A stretch of DNA of 64,000 nucleotides from Gordius albopunctatus (Eukaryota), in contig OZ193909.1 in NCBI GenBank assembly GCA_964276515.1, forward strand, positions 1,798,001 through 1,862,000. Direction: 5' to 3'. This document shows, piece after piece, positions 52,295 to 64,000 of the stretch (the first letter of the stretch is position 1; every line of letters begins with the position of its first letter). The notes under the pieces were generated by a model that was not told the origin of the DNA, ran no database searches, and was given only the letters and a program-made list of their open reading frames with translations. A program made the position numbers and the translations under genes.

Positions 52295-53342
52295 GAACAT
52301 TTATAATATTTAAAGGAATGTTTTAGTGATGATCATTACGTTAGAAATTTACCATTCTTGCCTTGTATATTAATACATTGTTTATCTTTTAAATTAGCAA
52401 TGCCACAATGCAAAATTTTAATAGTAGATTATCTATTGAATAATTTTTATATATTTTTTTGTTTAGTGGGTAGAATTATTCGATTTTGGATATGTACCGA
52501 TTTGTTCTACTTTTTCCTGGGTTGAGATAATCTAATATTTCAATATATAAATATGAGATGACAATTAAATTCAGCTCTTTCGTCACTTTAACGAAGGATA
52601 ACAATGAATGGTTTTTTAATTAATATTAATACTTAACTGGGTCTTTACTATATTTTAGAATTTAAAAATATTCATCTATAAAAAATCATAATTGTTATAT
52701 TGTCTATTCGAAAAATCTATAATAAAATATTAATGCAAATCAATTTAATTTCAAATGTTGATTAAAGTACTTTTAAAAGAAACCATTTTTCGGAAAGGGA
52801 AGCCTATATAACTAATCTTATTAACAAGAACAATATATTATCAATGCAAAATTTACGTTAATATAAAAAACATAAAAAACTTGTCCTCACGGAGGTTCGA
52901 ACTAATATTAGTGGAGGCAATAGCTCTGCAGGAGGGGGGGGCGCTGAGATTTTACTAAATAGGTTAAATGAGGCAAATTCAAAAGGTGTTTAAATAGGCT
53001 TGGAAAAAAACGTGCCCACATCGTTATTTAAACTCATATCAGTGGAGGCCTAGCCCTTGTTAGGGGGATGCGGTGAGACGTGGGAAAGATTTGCCATCGG
53101 GTATCGTACTCAGGATGACTTAATCGAAATCCCAAGTGGTCGAAATATGACGTTGATTTGACGTGGCATATCGGGGAAAAAACAAGCTCTAATTTTGCGA
53201 GAAGGTAAAAATGGGGGGGGGGCATATCTAGAGTGAAAAATTAAATCTAACCAGCGGTCATTATCTTTTAATTTCAGGCCAAAAAATCTTTTGTTTTTGT
53301 TTATTTGAAGGTAAGATACCATAAATGGCAAAACATGCATGG

Positions 53343-53609
53343 GTCAGATAAAGTAGTAGTAAGCAAGGATCAGCATTAATTTGCAGGTAATCATTTTGCC
53401 AGTTGCGCCATCATCCGTTATAAAGCAACAACCTAGACAAATTGTCAGAAGAAATTTACTAAACAGCAAATATAAACAGCTATTAACCATATAATTTTAG
53501 CCTCTGGCTGGTGTCAGATAAAGTAGAAGTAATCAACGGTCATCTTTAATTTGCAGGTAATCATTTAGCCAGTTTCGCAATTATCCGATATATAGCAACA
53601 ACCTAGACA
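53343..53609. repeat. ~97-bp imperfect direct repeat, period ~170 bp
   Basis: GTCAGATAAAGTAG...TTAATTTGCAGGTAATCATT...AGCAACAACCTAGACA at ~53343 and ~53513. Confidence 0.8.
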
Positions 53610-53785
53610 TGATGCCCAAATGAATTTAAGTAAAAAGTTAATCAGTCGGGCCCATGAACAACAATGGATATTGGCCTCGGGCGAGGGCAAAAAATCAAAG
53701 CCAATCAGATGTCATTAGCTAGTCTATTTGCGAAAGCACAATAATAGTTTTTTACAGAAGCTCCACAGCCATTAAAAACCCGTAT

Positions 53786-56769
53786 CTTCTTCATCTTCTT
53801 TATCAGTTATTTGGTCCCACATTGGTGGGGTTTGTTTTGATGAGTCTCTTCCATCTTGACCGGGTTAGTGCCATGTCTTGACTAATCTCTTTAGTTTCCA
53901 TAACTTTATCCACTTGCCTTTTCCACGTGACACGGGGTCGTCCTCTTCCTCTCTTCCCCGGTATTATCATGTCTAGCACTTTTCGATTTACGTCATCCGG
54001 GTCCCTTCTTAGTATATGCCCATACCACCTTAGCCGATTTTCGTTAATCATGTCCGCCATAGGTTGAATACCCATTTTTGTCATGAGAAAGTCATTCGTC
54101 ATATGGTCGAGCTTAGTATACCCCAAGCTCCACCGTATCATTCTCATCTCCGTGGCTTGTAATAGCTTTCCTTCCGTGGTGTTTAATGCCCATGTTTCAC
54201 TTCCATAGAGTAACACCGGTCTTACGATGGATTTGTAAGCTTTGCTCTTCAACCATATTGGCATTTTCTTGTCGCACATTACACCGGATATACTTCGCCG
54301 TTTAAGCCATCCTTTTTGAATCCGGGCATTGATTTCAGTTGCGCAACCTCCCTCTTGATGTAGCATAGAGCCGAGGTATGTGAACCTGTCTACTTTTGGG
54401 TACTTTAGATGGTCATCCAGCGATGGGGTGCCTGTACCGTTCATTTCCATGTATACCGTTTTTCGATCGTTGACCTTTAAACCATATCCAGCTAAGCGCT
54501 TTGACTATTTTTCTGCTTCTTCGAATACTTTCTCTCTTGTTTCCTCGCATAGTACTATATCATCGGCATATAGCATACACCATGGCGAAGGCTTTTGAAC
54601 GTCCCTCGTTATCGTGTCTATAATTATATTAAATCAAAAGGGACTTAAAGCAGAGCCTTGATTTAATCCAATATTAACCCGAAAAGGTTTAGAGTCTCCA
54701 ACTGTGGTCCTAACGCAAGAGTTTGAGGCTTCATAGATATTTTTCATAAGCCATATATATGCGTCAGGGATATTTTGTTTCCTCAGACACCACCATATTA
54801 AATCGCGAGGGACCGTGTCATACGCTTTCTCCAAGTCGATAAAAATCATATGTAGGTCTTTCCTCTTTTCACCATACTTATCCATCATTTGTCTTAGGGC
54901 GAAGATTGGGTCGATTGTGGATTTGCCGGCCACGAATCCGAATTGATTAGCCGATATTTCCACCTCGTTTTTCAGTCTTGTTACTAAGATTCTTTCCATA
55001 AGCTTCAAGGAGTGTCAAGTTAGCTTGATACCTCTGTAATTGGCGCAGTCCTGAGGGTCTCCTTTTCCTTTGAATAAGGGTATAGTCGTGCTTGCTCTCC
55101 ATTGATTAGGGATTCGCTCTTCTACCAATATCTTGTTAAGGAGGTTCGTCATGGTAGTGACTCCTTCTTCACGACATCCGAGCAATGCTTCCATAGGTAT
55201 TCCATCTGGGCCATTTGCTTTTTCTTTTTGCATCTTGTTCATTTGTGTCCTAACTTCATCCTTCTGACCATACTTATATTTGGCTCAATATCGGAAAGGG
55301 AATCCTTATCATTTGCAATATTCATAAGCTTCTTAAAATATCCTTTCCATCACTTCCTTCGGCTTGAATAAGGTTTGACCCTTCTCGCTTTTGACTATTT
55401 TAAGAACTCCGACATCTCGACTTTTCTTCTCCCTTATCTTGGCCAATTTGTACATGAGCCTATCGCCCCCTTTATGATCCAGTTTGTTTGCCATCTCGGT
55501 GTACGCAACATTTTTTGCTTTTGCAACGGCCTTTTTGCGGTCATCTTTGCCTCACTGTACTCTTGATAATCCTCCGACTTTTTTGATTTATGCCACCGTC
55601 TATATAGATTTTTTTTTATTTCGATGAAATCTTTAACCGATTGATCCCACCACCATAGTTCCCTATCCATAGCTTTGCCTCCTTTTGTCTGTCCTAGACA
55701 CGAATCGCTGTTTCCTTAATGTCCTTATATAGCGTCTCCCAATCTTCGTCTACGTCCCTTTGAAACTTCCTTGCACCCAAGAGTGAGGAGGCTTTTTGAT
55801 GGTATTCTTCGTTCGTCGACGTATCCTTTAGCCTTTCGTATCGAATTCGAGGTTCATATACCTTTCTTCTTTCGGGAAATACTCTTCTGTCAAGATCCAT
55901 AACAAGGGGACGATGTTGCCTGGCGATTTCTTCTCCCGGTATTACTTTGCAATCCTTGATACTCCATAAGTCCTTTCGCCGTATAAGCAAATAGTCGATT
56001 TGACTAAAATGCTTCCCACTTCTATAGGTCACAATATGATCTTCGCGCTTTTGAAAATAGGTGTTAACGATCGCCATGTCATATGCTTGGGATACTTGGA
56101 GAAGTTTTTCCCCTTCTTTGTTCTTCAGACCATGCCCATAGCCTCCATGATTGCGTTCATACCCAAGGCGATCTTTCCCTACGTGAGCGTTGAAATCGTT
56201 CCTTGTATTTCCTTTTCCAATGATTCGAAGAATATGTCTTTCTCTGATTCCGAACACCCAATTTGGGGAGCATACGCGCACATAACGGTTAGGAGGCCCC
56301 CTTGATCCGCAATCTTCACCCACATTAGCCTGTCGGAACAACGCTTGACTTCCACCACCTTGTCCTTGAACGATTCGCTTAGAACGATACCGACCCCGTT
56401 TCTACGATTTGGTGACCCACTGTAGAAAAGCTTGTATCCTTCTCCTAATTCCCGAGCTTTCGTTCCGTTCCACCTCGTCTCTTGTAGGCAGGCGATGTGT
56501 ACCTTTCTTCTTTTTAACATCTGTGCGACCTCGATGCTCTTCCCCGTCAAGCCTTCGTTGTGAGTTAGGCAATAACCCTAGTGTATTTTTCACATTTCAC
56601 GGGCGGGGTATGCAGTGCGCGGCGTTTTTGGAGGACGCCCTAGCCTTTTCTTGTAAAATCTCGTTTGAAACTATCATAAATTTTGGAGTTGATTTTTATA
56701 GCCGGTTTCCGACCTGACGCCAACCCTCCACTTTTTGCACACGGACTTGGGACCGTCGTAGGTAGTGTT
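53786..56769 (-). mobile_element. RTE LINE family B, 5'-complete copy 2, ORF disrupted; 16-bp TSD
   Basis: TSD CATTAAAAACCCGTAT at 53770-53785 and 56770-56785; GAA-type tail; highly similar to 8450-11322. Confidence 0.96.
56719..56769 (-). ncRNA. Twister ribozyme core at the 5' end of RTE-B copy 2
   Basis: Identical 51 nt to 11272-11322; element again starts at AACACU. Confidence 0.9.
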
Positions 56770-57797
56770 CATTAAAAACCCGTATAAGTTTCAAAAAGGC
56801 AATTATTGAAAAAATAACAAGTCGGACGGACGGGCGGACAACCAAAAGCTATCCCATAATTTTGTGACGGGCTTTTAACGTACGTTACATATATACAGGC
56901 TTGAAATTAGCACCTCTGCATTGCCCAGTCCGTTTTCTAACGCGAAAACTCGTCCAAGCTCGGCTCTGGGCAGTTCTCTAATGAGCACACGAAAATTTCT
57001 ATCGATTGGTTAGGTACTATTTAATTTTTCAAACTATAACCTTGATTAAATTGTCGAATTTAATCTCAAAAACAGTTCATTAGCCACTGACTTATCAAAG
57101 TATTTAAACAGACGCTCCGACAAAGCCTCCCTTTTTGCCTATTAGCTAATGAAATTATCTAAACTATTTTGATGCTTCACTTTATATAAAAAATTTTAAA
57201 ATATGTCTGAAATTTCTAGGCCAGCACTATAGAAATTTAAAATAATGACCTTGATTAAAAAATAACTTTGAATGTGATCTAGGACTTAGTTTAATTAGGT
57301 AAATTGAATCAATTGTAAAATTTTGTATAATATAACTATAACTGAGTGAAATGAGTTTAGTGTAATGCATCCTTTGGCGTAGGGAGGGGGTAGTTTTCGG
57401 GTTAGAACCCCTCCCATGATTTTCAATTTACCTTGAAAATTTTATAGCCCCCCCCCCCCCCTTGAGGAAATTCTAGTTAGGCTTATAAATGCACTATTTG
57501 TTAACTCATAATAATTTTAAAATTTTGGTTTATAAATTTAGATTCATACGATTGGCATGGTTATGCAAACCAAATAAGATTGGGCCTTATAATTGCAAAC
57601 TCTTTAGCTGCATGGTTCTTGGTATTCTGCGTAACTTTCAAAATGCTAATTTATTTCTATGTCTAGCTAGATACATTCGCTTTCTGGGTCGAGTATAGCA
57701 ATAAGCAAGTTCGTGATGCAACGCGAGTTACGAATTAATTCGCGCAAAAATAAAAAATATATATTTAAGAGGAGGCGTTCGTAGTGAGACTGCTGGC

Positions 57798-58201
57798 TAG
57801 TGTTGTAAAAACGGCTGGGGTTTGTTTGGTCGACCTTTGCTTTTTTAGTCGACTAAACGTTTTTTAGTCAAACCTCTGGTCTATTTACGCAACTAAGAAA
57901 AACAGATAAACTAATTGTTAAGACTATTTGGCTTTATTAGGAATCAATGGGATATAACCACGTTACATGTAACACGCGCGCGAAGAGAACAAACGCGATC
58001 GAACATACGATAAGAAGAAAAACGCGAGAGGAAATAATATATATAATCACGTGTTGTATCCTTTTACTCCACAGGCAACATAGAACTTAAGCGTACATTA
58101 CACATCGTCAGTTATCCTCTACACTAATCCTTGGTTTGTTGATATTTAGTTCACTAAACCAAATGCCGACAAAACAAAACCCAGCCATTTTTACAACCCT
58201 A
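57798..58201. mobile_element. hAT-type MITE
   Basis: TIR TAG(T/G)GTTGTAAAAA(C/T)GGCTGGG; TSD CTGCTGGC/CTGCAGGC (7/8). Confidence 0.8.
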
Positions 58202-58617
58202 CTGCAGGCGATTAAATTAGCTCGCGGCAAAAAGGGAACGAAAATAAGATACAAATAATTTTGTACTTTTCGTGCGATGTTGAAGAAATTGAATTGGTGA
58301 GTTTATATATGATATATGATGTACATTTACATTTATATAGTACAAATTTCACAATGAATATAAAAATATGTAAAGAAAATGAATAAGTAGTTTAAGAAAT
58401 GCCCAAAAATATCTAGTTTCAAGTAAAGATATATTTCGGATGTTAATTGGATAAAGTGAAGATCTTAATATTAGATAGAAGAATCTTCAAGATACATGTA
58501 TAAATAAATTCATAAAGGCCAATAATCTTTAAAGTGGAAGTGGTTTCCCCATTTCTTATTGCCCATATTTTACTTTTATGAATTTTAAAGACCTTCCTTA
58601 GAACCTAGGAGTTAGTT

Positions 58618-58770
58618 CATGGGCGTAGCCAGCCCCCTAAATGGCGAGGAAAAAAATTTAAATGAAAAAAGCCTGAAAAATTAAAAAAAATTTTGTTTTG
58701 CCCCCCCCCCTAATTGAACTTCTGAACGTTTCGCCCCCCTCCCCTTATCCAAAACCTGGCTACACCCATG
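58618..58770. mobile_element. Short MITE with poly-C/G tracts (relatives near 22330, 22805, 49280, 57375, 61200)
   Basis: TIR CATGGG(C/T)GTAGCCAG; degenerate 8-bp flanks AGTTAGTT/AGTGAGTG. Confidence 0.7.
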
Positions 58771-58970
58771 AGTGAGTGAACAAGTTTTAATGACACCATA
58801 ATATATGAAGAAGATTTAAACATTTCATTTAACACAGATAGTATGTATTCAAATAATTTTTCAACCAATAATAAAGAAATGGTAAATTAATAAGGCTTAT
58901 ATTAATTATTATTGATATAGAATCTCCAACAATAATTAAGAAAAATAAACAAATTAAGCTCTATCAAAAC

Positions 58971-59838
58971 TAGTGTTTCGATCTCGTCTCGTCTCGGTCT
59001 CGTAAACAAAATCTCGTCTCGGGAGCGATTATGAAAATCTCGTCTCGGTCTAGAAAAATCTCGATCTCGTCTCGTCTCGACTTTTTTAAAAAAATATATA
59101 CGGAATAAAAATTTCTCCCGTTTTATTAAAAATAATAAAAAAAAGTGTTAAAAATCCAAATAGCAAATTTTTATATTTTTAAAGAAACTTTAACACACAA
59201 ACTTTTCAAAGATTTAGCGGGACACGACATCCCATTGTCATTATAAAGATATGAATTGATTCATAAGGATAACATTTTCTATGGAAAGTGCAGACTAAAA
59301 AACTATAAATAAATTTGAAGTATAAAAAATTATATTTTATTGTCTAGCAAAATATAACATTTGTATCGAACTGTGTTTTTCAATAGACTTAAAAATTATA
59401 AGTTCGCCTATAGTTGTCTTAGTTGCATAATTGAGTGAGTTGAGACCCTTTATTAACCCTGGGTAAAGCTTCAAAGTAGACCTTAACATATTTAAGGCAA
59501 ACGTTTAAGTCCATTCCATTGATATTACCATCATCAATTATAGCCCATAGTGTTTATTGCATGTTTACTATAGCCTTATAAACCATAAAATGCGAGTGAC
59601 TTTTAATGATAATATTATTATTTACAGAATTGATAACTAGATGCACATATCAAAACGGGTAGAAACAACAATAAAAGCAGCATTATTATAGGATTAAGAA
59701 GATAAGGTTTTAAACTGTAAATTGCACAAAAAATCTCGTCTCGTCTCGACATCAAAATTCTCGTCTCGATCTCGACTCCATTTTTCAAATTCGAGACGAG
59801 ACGAGACCGAGATATTTCTCGGTTATTCCGCATCACTA
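58971..59838. mobile_element. hAT-type MITE with GTCTC/GAGAC subterminal repeats
   Basis: TAGTG...CACTA ends; TSD ATCAAAAC/GTCAAAAC (7/8); dense TCTCG repeats at both ends. Confidence 0.75.
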
Positions 59839-62785
59839 GTCAAAACTTAATTTATACTAACATACAAAATGGTTTTCATTAGTTTTTCTCGAGTTTAATA
59901 TGCTTTAAGACCGTTTTTTCTCTATGATTTTTTAAAAGGGATTATTTAAATCTTTACCTACAATAATTTAACAATGTTATTGAAGAGCTCACCAATTTAA
60001 AGAAAATATTAACTTTCATTAACCTTATTTACACTTTTTGCAAAATTAAGGCTAGGTGGGAAACCATATCATATGCGAATTTTAATAGATCGCACGCATT
60101 ATGAACAACTGTCGCTTGCGAATTGCTTAAACATTTTTTCGAACCCAAATTTGCTTCGCTTTTTTTCGCTTCGCGCGTCATCACGAGTGCCTCGTTAGGC
60201 TCCTAATAGACATTTACTTTTTTGCACTCACATTGATTAAAACAAAATTATTGAATTATATAAATATTTTGAATTCGTTATTTAAACATTGTCTACGGAA
60301 TCCCTTTGGTAATTCCCCAATCATCTATAAAAATAATATGAAACGTAAATAATATTAAAACTTATACGCATTAGTTTTTAAATTAACGCTTTAAAAATGG
60401 CTTCTTAAACAGAATATCTTCTTTGAATGACTTTAAAAATTTGAAATATAAGCAACTACCTAAAAATGCTCCTTTTCCGTGAGGATAGGCATTTTTAAAA
60501 TTGTGAGTAAACTATTAAAACAATTAAATTATATAGCATAACTTGTTACTATAATGTATGTTATATACAAAAGAAATATAGCACATAGTTTATATAAATT
60601 TTTATTACATGATTTCGGTTAGTCTCAAAAGAAGACATAAAATAATTACTGTAGAGCATAATTGACGAAGTGTAACTTACGCTTAAGTTCTATTATACTA
60701 GTGGAGTAAAAGACATAGAACATGTGTTATGCGTTTTCCCTATTGGGGATTGTATTAATTTGCATACTGTAGTTTTATCGCATATATTTTAGTTGTTATC
60801 GCGTCTCGTCTCGTGTGTGTTGTAAAATGTATGGATATAGAATATAGTTGAAGCAAAAGATCACAACAATTACTGTGTAATATGGCCATCAAATCATGAA
60901 AGCCATTGAGATGTGTTAAATAATTATTAAGTTATAAATAATACCAATTCCATTCATGCAATCAGCTAATATGGGCAATCAGTTGCAACTAATTTTTCCA
61001 TATACAATTAATAATAACTTAATTGGTAAATCAAGTTAGATCAGAGCCATTGGGGAGAAACATCGATATGTAAAAATATAGGCATGGTCCGCATTGGGAT
61101 TAGAGAAGGTCAATAATAATTTTGGGACGAGCAAAATGATCAATATTTGAAATGTTAGCAATAATTTTTTTAAAAAAATTAACAAATTTTTGGATTTAGA
61201 GGGGGGCAGCTGATCCTTCCTGCCCACCCTTGGCTACGCTCATGTGTTAGATTATCAATTTTTAATAAGATGTTACAAGATATATAAAATCTAAAGCATC
61301 ATTAATAAGGTTTTTGCACTTACTCTCTCAAGATGGAGAAAACTCACCAAAACTAACCCCACGACTGTGGGGCCAAAAGAAGGTTTTTAAATAATGTTTT
61401 GTTTCATTTTTTCTAATACAAATCAATATAGTATAAACATGAAGAAATAATAATTATATTATGGTTTCATTCAGTATCATTTCAGGTTTGAATTAAAATC
61501 TAGATATAAATAAGGGCTACAACATTGCTTACAGCAAATGAATATGTTTGCGTACACATATTACTTCAATCTTTGAGTCTTTTTATAAAATATAAATCCT
61601 CTTTGTTAACTATAACATACACAGACCTTTTTAAAAAAGGGTTACTACAAAGACTCCTCCTTATTTAGTTAATTTCATAAAATCGTATAATAGGTTCTTT
61701 GCTAAACCTATATGTATTGTTCAATGCGCCTATTATCATTCATATAATGCTAAACAAATGTGTAAATTCTTTGTAATTAAAGACTGATTTATAAACAAAC
61801 TTGAAGGTAACGTCAATATCATGAAAATATTTTTAAAAAAGTTTTTATATATATTTTAAAAATTGATAAAAAATTTTCTAATGCTGCTTGATTAAAAATG
61901 ATCTTCACATTTAAAAATATATAAAAATATTTGTTTTAGGCGTTTTTAAAATAAGACAGTAAATAAAGAGTATTATAATAAATATATAGGTCGTTAAAAT
62001 GGTTCAAATTAAGTTTAAATATTTTTAATGGATTTTTAGACTGGCATATTGACGTTTGTTTTATTTTGAATTAAAAATAATATGATGTAAGCTGATCCAA
62101 GGGTAGCATTTACTCCTACAATGTAAGAAACCCCGAGCTTAATAATAAAACATTTATGGTGTATTATTTTATCCTCACAATTATTTTTTTAAAACCCTTT
62201 TGCGATTAATATTATTAATTTGTAATCACCTTAAAATACTTTATAACATGTTTAGAATGGATACTTTATTAATAATAGTTGAATAAATAATATTTTTATT
62301 AGTTGAAAGATATAGCTATATATATAATTGTGTGAAGTTGGAGATTAATATTTTGAGATCATATCAAAATAAGTTTGAGATATGCAAATTGTAAACTACA
62401 ATGTCTTTTAATTTAATCTCTTTATATCTATATATTCAATACAAATTCAATATAATTAATGTAGGTAAATAAATATGCGAGAAAATAAATTTTAATCACG
62501 ATCTCAAATAATGTAATGGGTATTACTTTATTTTTTGGGAAAAAACACCTAACATATTAATAGACATTTATATAGCATATATGCGTTAATTTACAAATAC
62601 GAAGTGTAAATAGTGATAAGTTCATTAATAAATATATCTTAGTAAACATAATTATGTAGTAGAGATACTTGATACCAAATTTTTTTAAGGACTATAAGTG
62701 ACACTAAACAACATTCAGAGTTCTATAGAATTTTAGGCACAATCAAATATAGGTAGAACAAGATTTATTAATCTTGCCTTTTAAA

Positions 62786-64000
62786 TTACTTCCTTAAACA
62801 AAGTACATCTTTAATCCAAGACCAAAAAACATCCTTGACAAGTGGATCTAAAAGTAGGGAAATGTAGACGCTCAATGCATTGTTCCCGTACTTTGTTAAA
62901 TAAGCAATATTCTGCAACCACAACTCTGTTTTGGATTCGAACGTATCGGCCCAGGGTTGATACATAAACATGTAGAAGGTTATGGGAAGTGTGTTTATAA
63001 TAAAATGCACATTTAAAACCACCATGAGTATGGTAATGCGAAACTCTTGTTTTCTCATCCCATATTTTATGTTAAAACTATCGCTATTGTGTTTCGCAAA
63101 TTGTATCATCTCATTAGCTATTGGTCTACGTGTTATAAAACTTTTAATTTTGGATAGCCACCTTGTGCCGTCATCATTTTGTGAATATGGAAAATTAGAT
63201 TTAATAAGATTTCGCCTTTTAGATATCTTGAAACAATAGTATATGATCACTATGTTGGCCAAAGAGGATATTATGAAGGGCACAACCGACATAATGACAT
63301 TTGTCCATTTTCTATAATCAGGAAACCAATGAGTTTTGGGAACGTGTACGTAACTTTTGGTCTTAATTAAGTTTGCTGCGTTCTTCCACTCAGCAAAATT
63401 GTAGGTTCCAATTATAGAGATATTGTGGATTAGGTAAACACGAGACATATCAGTTACGTTTGACGTCGTCACGGTTTCAACCCCGAAGCCCCATGCGTAG
63501 GGAATTACGAGAATGAAACATGCGAGCAAGCTAAGAGACAATAAATATTTTATCTTGAAATTAGAGACACTAGTTTTGTAGTTGAAAGGGTAGACCAAAG
63601 CCCACACTCTATCTAAAGATATTACGACTCGTATGATATTGCTAAAATTAATGAATAAATCCATCAAGGGAAATCCAATTTTAACGGTATACTTTACGAA
63701 CCATAGATGTTTACGGCACGTTGTATAGCAAGCTGCGTAAAGGGTAGGGACTAAGATTAAATTCAAACAGACCAAACAATCCGATATGGTGAGTGTGCGA
63801 ATATAAAAGTAGATATTAGTTTTGGGATTAATTAGTTTTCCTCTAATAACTCGATATCCAGGCTCAACTTGACTACAATTTTTATTGTTATTTTGCTTTT
63901 CATCATTAGTTTGCCGAGTTAGTGTAGTGCCCGATAATGCAGTAACTTTTCGCTTCATTTTGTTAAAAAACCAAAAATATGCTATGTTACCAATCAGGCC
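62786..64000 (-). CDS. Rhodopsin-class peptide GPCR (FMRFamide/srw-like), 5' part outside the window
   Basis: Frame is open to the window edge (GLIGNIAYF = TM1 GN); TISD TM2, SLDRVWALVYPF TM3, TLP TM6, NNALSVYI TM7. Confidence 0.88.
   Translation of the reverse strand, partial: GLIGNIAYFWFFNKMKRKVTALSGTTLTRQTNDEKQNNNKNCSQVEPGYRVIRGKLINPKTNIYFYIRTLTISDCLVCLNLILVPTLYAACYTTCRKHLWFVKYTVKIGFPLMDLFINFSNIIRVVISLDRVWALVYPFNYKTSVSNFKIKYLLSLSLLACFILVIPYAWGFGVETVTTSNVTDMSRVYLIHNISIIGTYNFAEWKNAANLIKTKSYVHVPKTHWFPDYRKWTNVIMSVVPFIISSLANIVIIYYCFKISKRRNLIKSNFPYSQNDDGTRWLSKIKSFITRRPIANEMIQFAKHNSDSFNIKYGMRKQEFRITILMVVLNVHFIINTLPITFYMFMYQPWADTFESKTELWLQNIAYLTKYGNNALSVYISLLLDPLVKDVFWSWIKDVLCLRK

Overview
AT-rich, intron-containing eukaryotic (invertebrate-like) genomic window. 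Host genes: an intronless GT10 alpha-1,3-fucosyltransferase, a large multi-exon Ser-rich protein with a possible ALMS motif, MTERF4-like, HDAC8-like, SmD3, an uncharacterised 2-exon gene and a 5'-truncated rhodopsin-class peptide GPCR. Between and inside them are many mobile elements: four RTE-clade LINE families, a Mag-type Ty3/gypsy element with a nested 1.2-kb gag-only mini LTR element, a FLYWCH/MULE-like element with a nested pogo derivative, hAT elements/MITEs, a probable Helitron and a solo LTR. Most striking: both 5'-complete copies of one RTE family (8450-11322, 53786-56769, minus strand) start exactly at the cleavage site of a well-formed twister ribozyme core. The missing 5' P1 strand would have to come from host flank, and both copies sit in similar 16-bp target sites. 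All calls were made by eye, with no database searches.
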